Positions 63,179 to 64,000 of a DNA stretch of 64,000 nt are shown one piece after another (position 1 is the stretch's first letter; each line of letters begins with the position of its first letter). Location: positions 220,658,001-220,722,000 of the forward strand of contig NC_091288.1 of NCBI RefSeq assembly GCF_032444005.1. Direction: 5' to 3'. Position numbers and translations under genes: made by a program. Origin of the DNA: Ranitomeya imitator. Taxonomy: Eukaryota. The notes beneath the pieces are model-generated. The model had not been told where the DNA came from. It searched no databases and saw only the letters and a program-made list of their open reading frames with translations.

Positions 63179-63809
63179 TCAACGGAAGAACCTGGCCACG
63201 AGTGCAGAAAACCCCGTCTTCAGCAGAGAGACTGTCGTTGATGCTACCTCCGTAGCCACCGTCCTCTCCACTGCTGCCACCGCCGGCTGAGCCATGACGA
63301 CAGTCCCCCTGGCTGCAGCTGCCCCAACCACCCCATATATCCCAAGACCGGCAGTGACGCCCAACGTGACAGCGTTGCATGTGAAACGAGTGGTGTAACC
63401 GGAGCAAAACTTCTCCTGCTCCTCCTGAAGATGGGACGCCAGCTCTGCCTGAAGCTCGCTGTGATGAGACAGGTTGGGACCTAGGAGAGAGTCTTTGAAC
63501 TTTGCTGCAAGTTCTGCCGACTTCTCCGAGACCAGGGTCCTCATGGTTGATGGCAGGAGGTGATACGGCTATGTAAAGAAGAGAGGAACACAAGATGAGA
63601 TTCATCACCAAGGTCTACTTTCCATGATCACAACCTCCAGGCTTAGGACCTACATGCCCGACATCTCACATGGCTTCACCCAAACTGAGGTCTCCACCAG
63701 TGACGCGTGTTTCGCAGTTTTACACGTGACTCACCTGATTCTTCAGGAATTCCTGGAGTTCATCTTTGATGCTTTCAAGGACCTTTTGGTTTTTGATGGC
63801 ATAAAACAT
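63179..63809 (-). CDS. rnf112: RNF112 (neurolastin)-like GTPase, last two coding exons; the gene continues beyond the window
   Basis: Exon 63809-63735 (MFYAIKNQKVLESIKDELQEFLKNQ|GTGAGT) and last exon 63568-63179 (PYHLLPSTMRTLVSEKS..FCSGYTTRFTCNAVTLGVTAGLGIYGVVGAAAA..), with a Gly/Ala/Val hydrophobic tail as in recalled RNF112. RNF112 neighbours MFAP4 in human. AATAAA at 63106-63111. Confidence 0.62.
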
Positions 63810-64000
63810 CTGTGAGGTGAAAAATGAACGACAGATACAGCAAGGAAGGATGGTGTGGATGGTGTTATAAAGACTGGCTAGTTGGATATTGATCGTGGTC
63901 TCCCCAACACCTTGACACATTACTCCACAAGTCTCAAGTAACGGACACACCCATAATATGAAGATGAAAGATCACCCTTCCTCCTTGTTCCCTGCGCTGC

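Overview
This is eukaryotic vertebrate genomic DNA, most likely an anuran amphibian. That is an inference from the GT-AG introns, TTAA-flanked T2/Kolobok-type MITE ends, L2/CR1 LINEs and very dense minisatellites. Most long ORFs in the supplied track are artefacts of tandem repeats; the real genes are spliced. Left to right: (1) a complete 6-exon TRIM69-like E3 ligase gene (+, 2545-10984, about 459 aa) with an antisense L2 LINE in its last intron; (2) a tandem minus-strand cluster of four intact 6-exon MFAP4-type fibrinogen-domain genes (11425-15790, 22628-26687, 29273-32790, 38712-44740; the last is the likely MFAP4 orthologue) plus three pseudo-exon remnants; (3) a repeat-dominated block (44.9-61.9 kb) with 166-, 41-, 31- and 86-bp satellites, a CR1 with a nested LTR fragment and two Helitron-like inserts; (4) the last two exons of an RNF112-like gene (-). 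The main highlights are the diversified MFAP4 lectin-like cluster, minisatellites built from exon/5' splice-site junctions, and an 86-bp satellite attached to a T2-MITE terminus. All coordinates and identity counts were read by eye and may be off by a few bases. Family assignments rest on recalled sequences, not database searches.
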